64,000 bases of DNA from Asterias rubens (lineage: Eukaryota), in contig NC_047082.1 in the NCBI RefSeq assembly GCF_902459465.1, positions 7,130,001 to 7,194,000 on the forward strand, read 5' to 3'. The position numbers and the translations under genes are program-made. The notes below the pieces were generated by a model, which saw nothing but the letters and a program-made list of their open reading frames with translations, was not told where the DNA came from and did no database searches. Below, piece by piece: positions 13,201-27,600 of the stretch (the stretch's first letter is position 1; each line of letters begins with the position of its first letter).

Positions 13201-15886
13201 TGATTCACCGTGGGACCGTCGAAGATGCGGCGGGTGAGATGGACGGTTTGGAGCCCGGTGTATATGGGATGAAGCTCACTGGAATGCCTGGTACCTTCAA
13301 TTCGATAAACACACAAAAAGGCATTACAAATGGCAAGGGATGGATGATTGCCCAATTTGAATATCTCATGGTGTATTTTATGCAGAGATGAGTTTATATA
13401 CGCACAGCGAGACATACATTTACATACACGAATGCACAACTCATGAACCTAGATGATGACGTGATATGGTTGAATAAAACCAGCTTGGAATCCAAAGGCA
13501 GAGAGAAATCATTCTTATTATCATTAAGGACAACAACAAACTAGGCCTACTTGTAACAATTATATGTTAAATTGACACACAGTATTCCAAGCCACACAAA
13601 GCAACATTCACAATCATTAAAATGTTCATTGGAGTATTATGCATTTAATTAGTTACATTTGCTGATTTCAAACATCTTTATTTACCATAAAGGCGCAGTC
13701 CGTAAGAACAAATCAAAATAATAAATGATTACTATATCTGAGTAGATTCTCAGGAATGGTAAACTGAAGCCGATGGACTCTAACTCTATAACCTGCAGGC
13801 GCCGGCCCTCTGGCTAGTCGCTGCTACTTATGTACAAAACCCATGCATTTATAGTAGAAAACGTAGACTTGCTTAAGTGCTCGCAATAAGAGCAGCAATT
13901 TAGTTTCTACCCAAATCTTTGAAGTAAACAAGCAGCATCTGAAAAAGTTACCAAATCACTTATTAAAAATAGAGGTTCCAAATACACCGTCTGAATCTTA
14001 ATTCCAGTGGCAAATAAACTTAAACTTACTTCAAGGTAATTGGGACGCGATTTTGAGTCAAACGCACGTCCGGACTGTCTTTTAGCTCAAAATTCACTTG
14101 GGGTTAGAACTGATGCAAACATCAGGTCTATACATAGTCCATTGACATCGGTGCCAACTTTTCTCGACAAATTCAACAACAAATCAAGTTTCTTATTATC
14201 CGTTTTTACAGCGAAAAGCTCGTTTTATAGCCAAGTCTGTGCTCAAAAAAACTTTCCAGTGTCATATTTAAAAGCAGGTGCATTAGAACAATTTAAAGTG
14301 GAATGTTTGTCTACCTACTGGAAATTCAAATTGCTATTATGTATAAATAAACTGCGTGGTTTTAAACAAAATCATTTTTATTTTGGTATTTATTTAATTT
14401 ATTAATTTTTTATTGTTGATGTTTGAAATAATTATTACTTTATTTATTATGATTTTTTTATTTTATTTGTTGAGGGGGATAATGACTTGAATCTGGGCTA
14501 TGTTGTCAATTGAGCAAATAGTGCGATGTTTTGATTACATTGATGTCCAATATTGTGAACCTGCAAACCATTTGTGCATCACTTAAGTGTGTGTCCATCA
14601 TTAAAACCACCGTCGTGATAATATATATTATATATATATATATAGGCTAACACAAATTGGCTGTGGTTTGGTACACGTACCTAAAACGAAAGCCCTTCGA
14701 TATGACTGATTCACCTCAAAATGAGATCTGTCAGCGACTGCTTGGGGTTCTGTGTTTCCCCTAGATCGTCGACATCCCCTTTATCTGTCGTTTTGAATCA
14801 CAGCTATAGCCCTAAACAGCGGATACGCCTGTCTCAGATGTGCTTGAAGCTACAACGTGGCCTGATTTCCAGGCGTTGTCATACCCTATGATGTAGTAGG
14901 AATTAATGCCAGCTTGTTTTCATTTCGGGAACAGGGGGGGGGGATTTGCGTATACGGAGTATGGGGGGCATCGTTTAGAAGAGGGGTCTACACACGAGAG
15001 AAGACTATTGTTAAGTCTGCCAGAATGATAACTCGCTAGTCGCCATGAGTTCTCCATCGTGTGCTCAAACGACAAACGTGCCGCTACGTCTTGAGGTCGA
15101 GAGAAGGGGGGATTGCACCGGGAAAGAGTTGTAGAGCTTAACACGTGTGATGAGATGCATTAAAAAGATATACCCTAAGGCAAGATTGCCCGACTTTCCC
15201 GCCAGAAGCTCAAGCTTCCGGCTACGGGCGAAGATAGTTGTTGTCCTTCGCACCGAGAAATCTGTCTCCGCAGTAAGCGACCCTAGCACATTCAAAAGCG
15301 GAAATCTCCAGTCCGTACGTGAGTATGGTACGGTGGCATTCACGTGCTGTAGAGAGCGAAGTGGATTGACTTGGACGCCATCTTGTAATTTCATCTAGCG
15401 TAGCAGACCGCATGTGATACTCAAATCTCAACTTACAAGCGCGCGCTTTGCGCGGCGTTACCCCTCGCAACGGGAGCTGTTAGAATGACTAGATAAAGGT
15501 GCAAGGACAAGGGCGCCACTCAGGAGCCCTTTGGCCACAACCGGAAGGCTTTGCACGGTTATTGAGCCATATTCACTCTCGTCGTGATCGCTCTGATTTG
15601 GTGAACACGTAGCATGCTGAGATAATAGCATAGGTGTATAGTTTCACTCGTGTGAAACGTCATCTTTCAATCCTATAACCTTCATTTTCCTATTGCATGC
15701 CTTAATGTTTTTCTATTATGTAATAAAAAGCAACGCTACACCACCTCGCCTACGGACACAAGGAAATCATCTATATCAAGATGCTTGGAACTTTTCAACC
15801 TAGGATAGCTACATGCGACGAAATTAATATACGCAACTAATTTTGCTACTTCATTGTTGTGGAGTAATGAGTAAGCGCTGCTTGTC

Positions 15887-15925
15887 GCGGGAAAGCAAGG
15901 CGGGAAAGCAAGGCGGGAAAGCTAG
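15887..15925. repeat. Three 13-bp units, each containing GCGGGAAA
   Basis: GCGGGAAAGCAAG twice, then GCGGGAAAGCTAG. Confidence 0.9.
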
Positions 15926-17849
15926 GCCGTGTTCTCCCCCTGCTGGCCCGTTGATGATGATGCTTAAAGTGAAACGCGTGTGAGACTAAGGGTCATATTA
16001 TCACCATGGTAATCACATCGAGGGATCGTAGCCAGTCATCTTGCATCATAACAAATGTCCAGCATACATGACATTCAATACCGAATCTAACTCCTAACGC
16101 TCTGCAGTTTAAAATGTCAAAGATGATGTAGAGTAACGCGCTGAAATTGCATCGCAATACCGTCGAGGTTTCAGCAACACAAAGTCAATTTATACAGAGT
16201 ATACCACATGGATTCAAACACAATGAAATCAGACTGGAATTAAGATTGGAAGGGGCGGGTAGTTGATGACATTGAAGCAAAATTATTTTCACAAAGCGTG
16301 AGAGTCTTTTCTTCTTCTTCTTGTCTTCATTTGACTGAAGGAAAGTGATGGGTGATTTACTGTTTACTATTTATTCATGTTGTCTTAATCGCAGCACAAC
16401 GTGTCACTTTGTTTAAAGTGTTTGTAGAACTAATATTTATCTTGTTAATTTGCTGTAGGATTTTTTATTTTTTTTTACCAAATCAGGTCGTCAACTGACG
16501 TCACAAAATATATACAAACACGCCCTCTATTACGTTCGAGTCTATACAAACGTAGCATTTCAGTTGTTGTCAAACATCTCAGGTGTGACCATTTTTAACA
16601 CGAATCAAAAACTTACTATAGTAAGAGCAATGTCGTTCCTAGTCGTGGCTTATAACAATGAATGGTTCATAAAGAAGAGTTTTCTTCTCTCTCTGCGATA
16701 AGTCAAGCAGGATGGAATACCGGAATCCTAAAGCTAAATTAAGACAATTCTGACTGAGGCAATAAATCTATAAGTCTTAAGCGCCAAAAAGTGCACTCGC
16801 GCATGCGTAACTGATTTTCCTGTGCGCGTGTGTTTCCGATGAGCTTGGCATTGTTTATTTCTTTGAAGTCGTTTTTGTCATTCCAGTCGCCCTCTGACTT
16901 GAACGTAGCCTACGCTCTGACCGCCCCAATGGGTAACAAAAACAGACATATTGCCAAAGGTGTAAAATGTTTGTCACTGACTTCACGCTTTCATGGCTTT
17001 CGTTATTTTGCTCGTGTCAAGATGCTTGTTATGTTGCATTATTATTTTGCTCCTTCTGACTGACTGACTGAATTTTTGTCACTGGATTTATTTCTGCTTT
17101 TGCGATAAGGAATTAATCGGCGGAATGTGTCACCGTAAAAACGGCGGCAAAACCCCTTGTGTTGATTTTGTTCCGCTCGGTTTCCATGACAACAGTCAAT
17201 CAGGACAACAGTGTGTATATAAAAGAAGTACAAGTTAGTCTTGTTCTGGGGCCAGTTTTTCGCCAGGCAAATCTCGCGTTGGGGGGGGGGGGGGGGGGGG
17301 GGGGTAGCGGTAAGGAGTTCGGCTTGAATAAATTGGTCGTTTTACCGTTAAGGTACATTGATGCACTAACCGATTTTCGAGACTTGTTTTGCAGTATTGC
17401 CTCGCTTGGAGGCGCATCTACCCCGCAGCATTTGGCCTCAAACAGTATCTGTACCCATTCAACCGTTAGGGAAGCACCGGTGGGGATAATGCCACGGCTG
17501 CCCGGGGGGAAAGATGGTACAGTTTGGACCCTAAACCCGTGTAAAGTTGCCCACAGGAAAATAGATGCCACTTCGCTTGTTTGAAAATTACTTAACTCCA
17601 TCCGCCCGTAAAATCTGCATTTAATCGAAGTGTGAAACTGGAAATGTTTGACTTTAAGGTCACTGTAAACATAGAGTGCTTCTGTTTCAATTTCCACGCA
17701 CAGAATATGTTTTTGATCTCTCAGACATGAGTTTGTATCTTCGGACTGCCCCTCCCCCCCCCCCCGTCATACAAACACAAAAAACATAATGGAATATGGT
17801 AGAGTAGCCCTCGGATATGACATAATTCGCCATTGTTGCAATGTTGCAA

Positions 17850-18033
17850 AATCTAATTTTGAGGTCTCGAATTCAAATTCAGGGAAAAATTACTTATTTC
17901 TTGAAAACTACGTTACTTCAGAGGGAGCCGTTTCTCACAATGTTTTGAACTATCAACAGTTCTCCATTGCTTGTTACAAAGCAAGTTTTATGCTAAAACT
18001 AATTTGAGTAGTTACCAATAGTGTCCACTGCCT
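17850..18033. mobile_element. Truncated related TTAA MITE (one arm)
   Basis: Shares the exact 33-mer TACTTCAGAGGGAGCCGTTTCTCACAATGTTTT (17914-17946 = 7271-7303) plus similar flanks. It ends GTGTCCACTGCCT-TTAA (TTAA at 18034-18037). The other terminus was not found. Confidence 0.75.
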
Positions 18034-19657
18034 TTAACAATGTGCTCAACAATGTGCTCAACAATGCTGCAATTATTTTTGCGATCAAAATAAGTTCTAA
18101 GTCAGTGCTAATCCGTTGTGTTGTGTCTTTGTAAACACAGATGAACTGATTGTTGGACGAACTAACAATTTTTACATGATTCATCCATTTTAGAATTTGT
18201 GGGCAAAACAACATGCGGTATGATTAACAACATTTTACAAAAAAAGTACAGTTTTGAAATAAAACATTTCTGCATTATAAGGTGCACAAACACAAAACTA
18301 CAAATTTTCATAAACACCCAACAATGAGACGTTGCTGTCGATTTGTTTGGCGAGTACTGCATGACGACACTCAGTGCGACATAAAAACCAAAATGATGGT
18401 TTTCTTGCGGATGAAAAAGAGGTTATGCCGTATCCGAACGGAGTGACTCTGGCTACGACTCTGGCTGCCACTTGCTTCAGCAATGATTAAGACAAGGCAT
18501 GTTGCCATAGCCACAGTCTATGTCTTCAATTCAGTCATGGCCTAGCTTTCCAACCAACCCCCCAAAAAGGAGGTAAGATTCAAGGTGCTGTTGGCACAGC
18601 TGTAATGTTGTCCCCGTGTTTCTGTTTAATCAAATCACTTGCAAGCTTGCCTGCCCATACCAATGCAGGCTCTACCCAATCGTGTTTGCACAACTCACTA
18701 TGGCACAATTGATTTATCATAAAATGCAGACGTATTACAGTTGTGGAAATGTATTTAGAAGGAATCCACCTCTACATGAGCAGAACAAATGTAACTATAT
18801 CAATACAACATGTAAATGTTTGGATATTTCCCCAATGGCTCAGCTCTCTTTTTATACATTCATAAAGACAGAGTCTTGCAGGCTGGTGTGCGTCCTTTTA
18901 AGAAACAATTTTATTTCTTAGTTTGAGACTCGAAGGTATTGCATCTAACAATATCATTTTAGATTGTATAGTAAACCTAACCGTTTTGTCAATGAAATGT
19001 GGAAGCGGAACATTTCGTTTTCCTCACCATGTCCTGTTTCCATCCATTCCTAAACATGCTGTCATTATTTCAGCTTATTCTTTACATTATTATTTATGTT
19101 CAATGAATGTCACCACCAAGTCTCTTGTATTCACAGCCATTGTATGACCTTACTCCATGTTCCGTATTCTATTTAAGACAGAGTCCCAAGAATGTCTTCC
19201 TCCTTGCTATACAATCCCTCTCTCTCTCTCTATCTCTTCGCTTGATACCCCAGCCCCAAACCAGCTCTGCCACATCTGGCCGTCTGCGTAAATGCCCACG
19301 GTATTTCTTCCCCATCTCACTCCGTGATTCGTTTACGAGCATCGTGCCAAAACAAAAATGGCGCGGGTCTTTTTTTCCCGCTCCACTCTTCTCCTTCTTC
19401 TTGGTTACCTTACTTGTCGAGTTTGCTTCTTAGCCATTAACAGTTCTTGCCATTTCTCTTGAGTTCAGCCGGGGGGCTAGCTGTTGTTGTTCCGGCAGCC
19501 TGTCGTGGTTTTCCTTTCCCTGTCTGTGTGTGTGTGTGTGTGGGGGATGGTGTTTTTCTTTTTGTCTTTCTTCATATTATTACTATTTCGTCTTCTGTGT
19601 GTGTGCGTGTATGTGTAGTGTGTGCGTGTGTTGGTTGTTTCACCTTGTCTTAATACC

Positions 19658-19699
19658 AGCGATGGAAACGAGGCTCATAGCGATGGAAACGAGGCTCAC
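19658..19699. repeat. 21-bp tandem duplication
   Basis: AGCGATGGAAACGAGGCTCA(T/C) twice. Confidence 0.9.
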
Positions 19700-20630
19700 A
19701 GTTCGATGTCAGGCAGTCCTCATTAACCCATTTTTGTCGCGTTGCATTGTGGGATGATGGGGGGCTTTGTCCGGGTGTTGATGGGCCTGGCTTCGTGATG
19801 GCTTCAATCCTTAATGTACGTGTGTGTGGCTAGTTCACATTCTACTACCTCATTGGTTGCTGTAGGCTATGTATATAGATTGAACAATAACCAACTTAAG
19901 GAAATTTACTGTGCAAGTGATTATGCCTCGCACGTATATGACTAGGAGAATGTATGGCAGAATGGAAGTGTAATATTTCAAGCATTTCACTTTAATTTGA
20001 AGGCAAGAAGTCGAAAAGATTTGTTTAATCGAATTAAGCTGGGTAGATGGCTCTTTGTGTGGATTAAAGGGGCCATCTGTAAAATGTCTTGCTTGTCAAA
20101 TTCAGGGCTTCCATTGGTCGAATGGGGACACGTGACCCGTCCAATCACAATAAAGCATAGTCACTCCTCAAAATAATTTTTGATAATGTGTGTGTGGGGA
20201 GAGCGATAGAAGATCACTTTGTTTTATTTTCACGCGCCTCGGGTAAAACGTATCTATCAACGGGTAGTGACGACATCGGCGTGAAAATTAGTGCCGAATG
20301 TTTACCCCCATTTTACCTGTCATTTTCTGAAGGCTAGTCAAGCAAACTTCAGGGACCTCCATATTTGTTATAATTTAAAGTGATTAAACATTCAAGCTCA
20401 CTGCCTCCCGTGTTTGTTATCACAGTCACACTCTCGCTGGCCATTTTGTTTTCCCTTCTTCTTTTTATAACGTGTTTTATGACTAAATAGTGTCCTAACC
20501 AATTACCTGATACCAATGTGTCAATGAATTAATATCGACACAAAACTAATTCAAATTCACTTTGGTGCTGACCTACCCCCACTCATCACCTTATTTTTTT
20601 TTTAGAGACGAATCGATAAGGCTAATATTT

Positions 20631-20695
20631 CAATTCAATTCAATTCAATTCAATTCAATTCAATTCAATTCAATTCAATTCAATTCAATTCAATT
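20631..20695. repeat. (CAATT)13 microsatellite
   Basis: Perfect pentanucleotide array. Confidence 0.97.
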
Positions 20696-21540
20696 GACCA
20701 TTAAAAGGATAAGAACGGTAAATTTATGTGTCCAAATATTGATAAGGTCTCCAAAAACAAAACACAAGAACATTTCAGGGTGTGGTTCAGGGTGTGGTTT
20801 GTAATTGTCCCGCCCCTTTATATATGCTTTGCCTGGTAAAGGTGATAGATGTATTCATCTCCCTTAACATCCATGCCATACTCTAAGCACGGTACAGCTT
20901 CACTCTATAAGAAACTAGGTTCATACTGAGAACAGGTGCATCCAAAATCCAACAGCTCATCAAAATGGAGTTTAATCACCGAGGACTTGAAACTGATGGA
21001 ACATTAAATCATCGCCAAGATCCAGAAGGCTCAAACCTTCGCTTAACTTTGTCATGATCCATCCCCAGGTGCAACTGAAATCCCTCTTTTTCTCTCGCTC
21101 GCTCCCCTGTCCCCTCCCGGTGCTGGGATGATCATGACGGGGGTCACACGCACCTGCCGGCTGCCCACCCCCTGGAAACATCTCAAAACTAATCGTCACT
21201 GGGACCATGGTCATCTTTGTTTATTAAAAGAGAAAATACATCGAAGCAAATAATAATATGAGTGCTATAGTCTATGCAGAATGTAAAACGTGTAAGTTTG
21301 TTTGGTATGTTGTTGTTTTTTGCATGTATGTTAGTGTGAGTACCGGTAAACATCGCGAACGACCTTTTACACTGAAGGATAGTCCAGAGACAGAGTTTTA
21401 GTTATATGACTCCAAATATTAAACCCACAGTCCCATTCTTGAGATGGGTTTAATACGTGCAGACCCATGCTCCGCCACTGCATACATACCATGTGATTCC
21501 TCATATTAAGAAAACACCCATCGTTTGTAATTGTCATCGG

Positions 21541-21542
21541 AT

Positions 21543-21593
<51 letters not shown>

Positions 21594-21627
21594 GTTATTT
21601 ATTTATTTAGTTATTTATTTATTTATT
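21541..21627. repeat. (ATTT)n microsatellite
   Basis: About 21 units with two A>G interruptions. Confidence 0.95.
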
Positions 21628-24600
21628 ATGATTTCTTACTACAACGTTCCTCCACTACCAATGTCACTAATAGTGACATTATTTGCCAACGTTCCCGTGA
21701 CTCACTCTCTGTTCCCCTTCATCTGTCCCCTCGTTGCTGCTAACACCTGCTAACCCACCCTAGACCCCCTTGCTGATAAGGGGATGTATATTCACCTGTC
21801 CTCTCACTATACTCGTCCCTCCATCTATCTCTCTAAACCTCCCCTTCTTGTGACGGACGGGGGAAGGGCTAACCCCGTCGGTCGTTGGCTGGTCACGTTC
21901 GCCAAGAGGAAGCGTTGAAGTAGCGGGTCTACATACTCCATTCAGCCTCTATGCCTTACTTGCATCTTGAGAGGTAACGTGAGATTGGAATCAAGGAGCG
22001 GGGCCGATGGATCGGCTTGTTTTGCAGATACTAAAATGACTATGCAGAATACCACCAAACCACCGACAAGAACATTACAACTTTGGGCATGTTGGGGTTT
22101 GGATGCTGAGTTAGGGCCTATCTGAACATTGTTTGTTTTTATTTATCACAGTCAAACGTTTTCAACAAAAGCATATCCGTGTCATGTTTCCATATTTAAT
22201 TATTTACATTTTTTTAAACATATTTTCTGCATTGACTATCGACTGTAAATCGCAAACGAACACCAATAAAAACGATAACAAATCAGATAAAAATGTGAAA
22301 CTTGGTTAATATTAATTTTTTTCCCAAAATAACACGGTCACCTTAAAAAAACATTATTAAATGCATTTGTTTTTAGGTTGAGGTTTATTATCCGCCAATA
22401 TCGGTTTAATGTATGTACCTCTCAAATGTTGGTTGTTGGGAACAGTATATTGGGCGCATTCTCATTCTGTTTAACTTTATTGTAAACTTTCTTAATTATT
22501 GTGTCACTTTTTTACCACCCTACATCCGGGAACTTCTATTTCCGTCTCTCTTTCACAAAGCATTGACAACATGAGACATATATAGAGTCAACTCCAATGC
22601 GCTTCATTGCCGCATCCCTAAGGCGTTATGGTTCTGTTTTTCTAGCGTTTCCCTTTGGGCACGTTCCCCCTGTAAACCCCAGTTCTCTCTTGCCGTTCCA
22701 AACCCTGGCACTTCTACTCTACTATTCTTCGACACGCATTATATTCCCTATAATTTCTTTGCCCTGAAGAAGTTAGATGGCCATATCATGTTACTCCAGA
22801 GTGCCTCTCAACCTCCCTATCACCTTGCTATCACCGGGTATTGTGGTGGGTTCTTCTGGCTTCACACGCCGGTCGGAATACTCGCATTGATTGGCCAAAC
22901 CCTGCCGACAAAGCACGGCGATCATCGGTCTCCCTTTGAGACACATGATACCTCCATGGAGGAAAAAAGGGCCAATGTTTCCCTCATTCATATGTATGTG
23001 TGAAAATTGCAATATAGTTTGACATCTGAGACGGGGTAGTCAGGCCGGCCGATGGAGAACACTTAACTTGATTGATTGGAAGCTTGGTGTTTCACCAGGG
23101 CTGTAGCGTGCGAGTCGGCGGTTTATAACCGTGCCAGCCCCCTTGGTTCAACTTGCCCATGTGCGAGTCTTTTCCCGGAGACTGTGCCTTAACAAACCCA
23201 ATGAACTCAGTAATGTGATTTGCGCCTCTCGCTTGTTATACCACCCTTAAATTACAAAATAGAGATTATTGATTAACGTACCCAGAGTGTCGGTGTTTGG
23301 TATAAAGTAAAATCATTTTACAGACGTGGACTTATGTCTGTACCACTGATACCACTATCCGGTGTTCTAGCGGCACTCCATGTGTCTGCATGCCTCTTGT
23401 ACGGTCGGTACGCGTGGCATAAGGAAGCTAGGGTAGGATCCCACGCCCTACCTCACGTACATGATGCTCATACTGCCAGCTTCAAATCAAAACAACAGAA
23501 ACCTGTCAAAACAGCTGCATATCTACCCAAAGGTAAATGCGAAGACACCAGACTAAATGATTCCACAACACTGCTCAGCAAGTCTTATTTAAATGACATG
23601 GTGTGTTTCACACTTTTAGTTCTCGTTTGCAAGAAACTGCGTAACGTGTCAATGCTCTATTTGTTTGTGCTCTGTGCGTGCGCTACGCGACACCCCACGA
23701 CTCGGCAGTCTCATCTTTATCATTATCACTACAATCAAACTAAATTTAATGACACACTAAGTGCAGGGCACTTAACTAATTTGATATTAATGCACCTACC
23801 AAACATCGGGGCGGGAATCAAGCGGCACCAGCTTTGTCCGTAACTTACGCCTCACGCATAGTGCATTCACATTTACCAGCCGGCCACAATTGACAAAATA
23901 TAGTCCGGCTGCAATTCATCTTCTTCACCTCGTTCCGAATGATCCGCTTTACTCCGTCCGACCAAACCCTCCTTCTTTCCTAGTTGATAAATACTGGTTA
24001 TTAATCCTTTGCAATGAAAACATTTCACGTCTTCCCTGGTGATTACAACCCAGTGACGTACATTAATCTAGAAACAGGTAACAGACAATCAATTCACATA
24101 TTATAGGATCTTCTAATAACATTTCTTGCTGCGTTGCTTTGCCCCAGTGGAATTGTAGGAAGCAAGCGAAGTGGCCGATAAATGGAATTACTTGTAGCTA
24201 ATTGTTAGTCTGTGCAGCGTTCCGGAAGAAACCCCTTTGTAGGAACACCGCCCGTCCGGCTAGACATTTGGTGGTAGAGATTTTCTGCCAAACAAACCAC
24301 CATAATCTTATCACCTTACAGTTGAAGAATTGAAAAAAGAGGGGGAATTTACTGACGTGTGATGGATAACCATATCTGTACTCTGTCAATGTCAGTGGGA
24401 TTTGTAATTATCTTCGCCTGTATGAATGGGCGTAAGTCACTTATTGGCGTTATAACGGCATTATCCCCCTCCTAGTCTTTGAACGTTTGCGTCTTGTTCA
24501 CAACATCGCATTGGAAGTGATGCTTGTTAACTTACTTAATTGATAAACTGGTATCAGTCAATGGTGTATGAATTCAATTTTCTTTAGGGAAAAGTGCAGT

Positions 24601-27600
24601 GGGACCTAGTGTAATAAGCGTGTGGCTCTGGAAAAGAGTACGGATTGACGTGTGACGGTTGCCGATTTATTTTGGACCGTGTATAAACCTTAGTTGAAGC
24701 TGTTTTTCGTCAAGAAGTGTTTTTTTTTTGCTAAAGTCTATGCATATATTTCTTACTAGTAAGTCATTACAAGTCCTGATATATTTGTATAAAACTGCAG
24801 TACTTCTGAGGCCCAATAAATCACATCTTGAGCAAGTCTCTACCAAAACAGTTTTCGAACATCGCAATGGGCACTCATACTTCTGAAACGACAACCTATT
24901 CCCAAACGATGATATAACCTGTCCATTTTTTAAATAATCAACTGTGATCACAACAACATCTCTCTTCAAGTTAATCACGATATCTCAAGAAATAGTGCGA
25001 ACTAAAATGAAGATAAGAGCTAAAAGCTAACACAGAATATGTAAATTGTTGTTTAAAAGTTGTACCTCTCAAGCAGTGAATTTCAGCGAAGATTGTCAGT
25101 AGTGTATGATCGCCCGTTTGCGTTTCCAAAAAAGTATCTGAAAAAATCCCATATTTTGTGCAAAATGTGATTTGTATCACATGGAAAGATTGATATTGTT
25201 ATAGTATTATACCAAATCTATATAGAGATTCGTTTGATAAAGAATCACGTGTGTTTACTAACATCTTTGACTACGCAAGAAGAAACAAAACCATTCAAGT
25301 TTGAGTCCAGATGTGAAGTTACCACCGTATAACGACAAGATGCTGACATTTATTTTACTTCATTATAGAACTCCAATGTGTTTCAAAATGGAAAGGGTAT
25401 GTTTCACTTGGTCCATTTGTTTCACTTGTGTGTTTTTGTTTGATTTAAACGCGACAATTTTTAGGTTTTTTCTTGGAGGGTGCACAAGTTAGGAGTCAAA
25501 AAGGAAGATATCAGGTTTAAGTTTTAAAACACATTTACAACCTACTCGAATAAATGTAAAATGAAAGATGCATTGGATAGGAAGTACACAAGAATGGACT
25601 CAGGTGATAATGAACGAAGAAATCAAAGTGGAAAGAACAATTTGAAAATTCACCGTTGGAGTTTTCAAAGTTGTATCGTTTTATGCCATGACGTGAGTTT
25701 GTAACCCAAGCCACACTCGTCATTTTCATTAAAAGTAACTACACAATAATGACAAACAGAAGGTATCAAAACGCGATATTAAAAAAAAAATCGGTCTCTC
25801 TTAAAATAAGCAAAAACCCTACCGGGTTCTTTGAGTCTTCTAAATTAACGCCCAGAGGTTTTAGGGTATTTTTGGTAATAACTTATAAGATAATCATGCT
25901 AACGGGTAGGATTATACACAAAGAGAAAAGGGGGCCCAGTTTCTTCATTTGACCTCAGCCTAAACAATGGGAACCACAATCTAAACTAGGTTTACTTTCG
26001 GGTAATGAGGTGAGAGGCTGGACAAGAGCCGGGTTCTTGTTCTATTCCTTCAAACCACAAGTCAAGATGGTGTTTTGTTGTATGGTGGATGATGACAGTA
26101 ACTAGCAGATTGCCATATCTAAGCAAGTAACCAATGGATGTACATCTTGTATACTGTGTCTAAAATAAGACCCTGTTAAGTCAAGTCGGTCATGTTTGCT
26201 TCTAGTTGACATACGCTGTGTAGCTGACAATAGAAGGTTTCTACTACCAGTTTGTCGCATTAAACTTCTGTGTTTTCTATTTTGGAAAGAGAAATGGTAA
26301 GTCATCGTTTCTAATTATCAGGTTCTCTTGTCTGCATTCGGGGTACATAAATGAATGAGCACCCACGAATGTTTGCTTTGCTTTTTTTAAGCTTTTTTTC
26401 ATCATTTAGCGAAGTCATTCACAGTTCTCGTCTTGCAAATATGAGTTTTTCATTTCTGTAAGAAACAGTAGTTATTTTATCATGCATAGACAGTTCATTT
26501 TTTGTATATGTTTGATTTAAAACATATATTACAACCCTCAAATATCAGTGACATTAATATTGTGTGATTCGGGTACCATGCGAAGATGACCGAGAGTATA
26601 GTTGTCCCTCGTGCAGAATGTGGTGTTTGCAGGAAAACCATATAGAATGATTAGGATTGGAATTGTATGTCAAGGCTTAAAGTCGATAAATGTTTTCATA
26701 TTATTGTAGTTTCTGCAAAAGTAACAATTTGTTCCATCCATAAAATAAGAGTTGCACCAAAATAACCGGTGACATTGCGCATAAAGTGGTTACATTTAGT
26801 TACCTTTTGCCAAACTGGTGGCTATTTCAACTTTGAAATATTAGTTCCTAAACGTAACAGATATGTGTAAGGTGCCCATGTTGAAGACACCAACAAATAT
26901 GCAAGTAATAACTGTGTCAATCATAACAAATATAGCTAAGATGGTCAGGTGTGCCAATTAACATGTTTGGATAGTACCACGTATCTTACGCCTAGGTTGC
27001 CATAATTTAACAGCATCATATCACAACTTGTCGCGCTAGACTAGCTACCGTCAGAACAACACACCGTGTAACAATATGCATATATCATACATCACTTTTA
27101 AAATATACCCATAGAACTCGAGAATTCTGTTTAACACTATCGTAGGACGTGGACGCATCATGTTTGGAAGACAAAATTTACCCCGAAGCCAACTACTAAC
27201 TTAGCCCTGGGTGCTTGCCCCCCATCAGTCATATTGTTTGTGTACAGAACGCTCAGAATTACAAGTGCTAGTGTTTGTGTCCACAGCACAGCGCGACTAT
27301 TAAGCACTTCTCAGCTAGCGCGGGGTTGATGAAGCGGCCGTGCGCTGGTGAAGTCCCGGGGAGCAAGTGGTGAGGAGACGGTATAGCCGCCGGTCAATCG
27401 CGCTGAAGCAGAGTGTTCATATCCGTAAGCTTACTTCTCACCTATGGAGCGTTCCTCACTATTTATATTTACACTTTGAGTCCACACCTACCATGCATTC
27501 TGAATATCATTCTTACGCTACATTTTAAGATATATATATTTTTTATGGAAAGGTTAATCTCTGATGAGTTGGTTAGCCAAGGGAAAAGGCATGTTCAGTT

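Noticed and set aside
13225-13239. ATG CGG CGG|GTGAGA as a far-upstream AP-2 start
   Set aside because: It is phase-compatible but 40 kb away with no other support. Such 15-mers arise by chance.
17200-17697. 165-aa minus-strand ORF as a transposase fragment
   Set aside because: No DDE, THAP or tyrosine-recombinase motif is recognisable. The poly-Pro stretch is only the G24 run, and the start is non-ATG.
23334-23843. 169-aa ORF with a hydrophobic N-terminus (longest in the window)
   Set aside because: No recognisable domain, no splice or Kozak support, and its length is compatible with chance.
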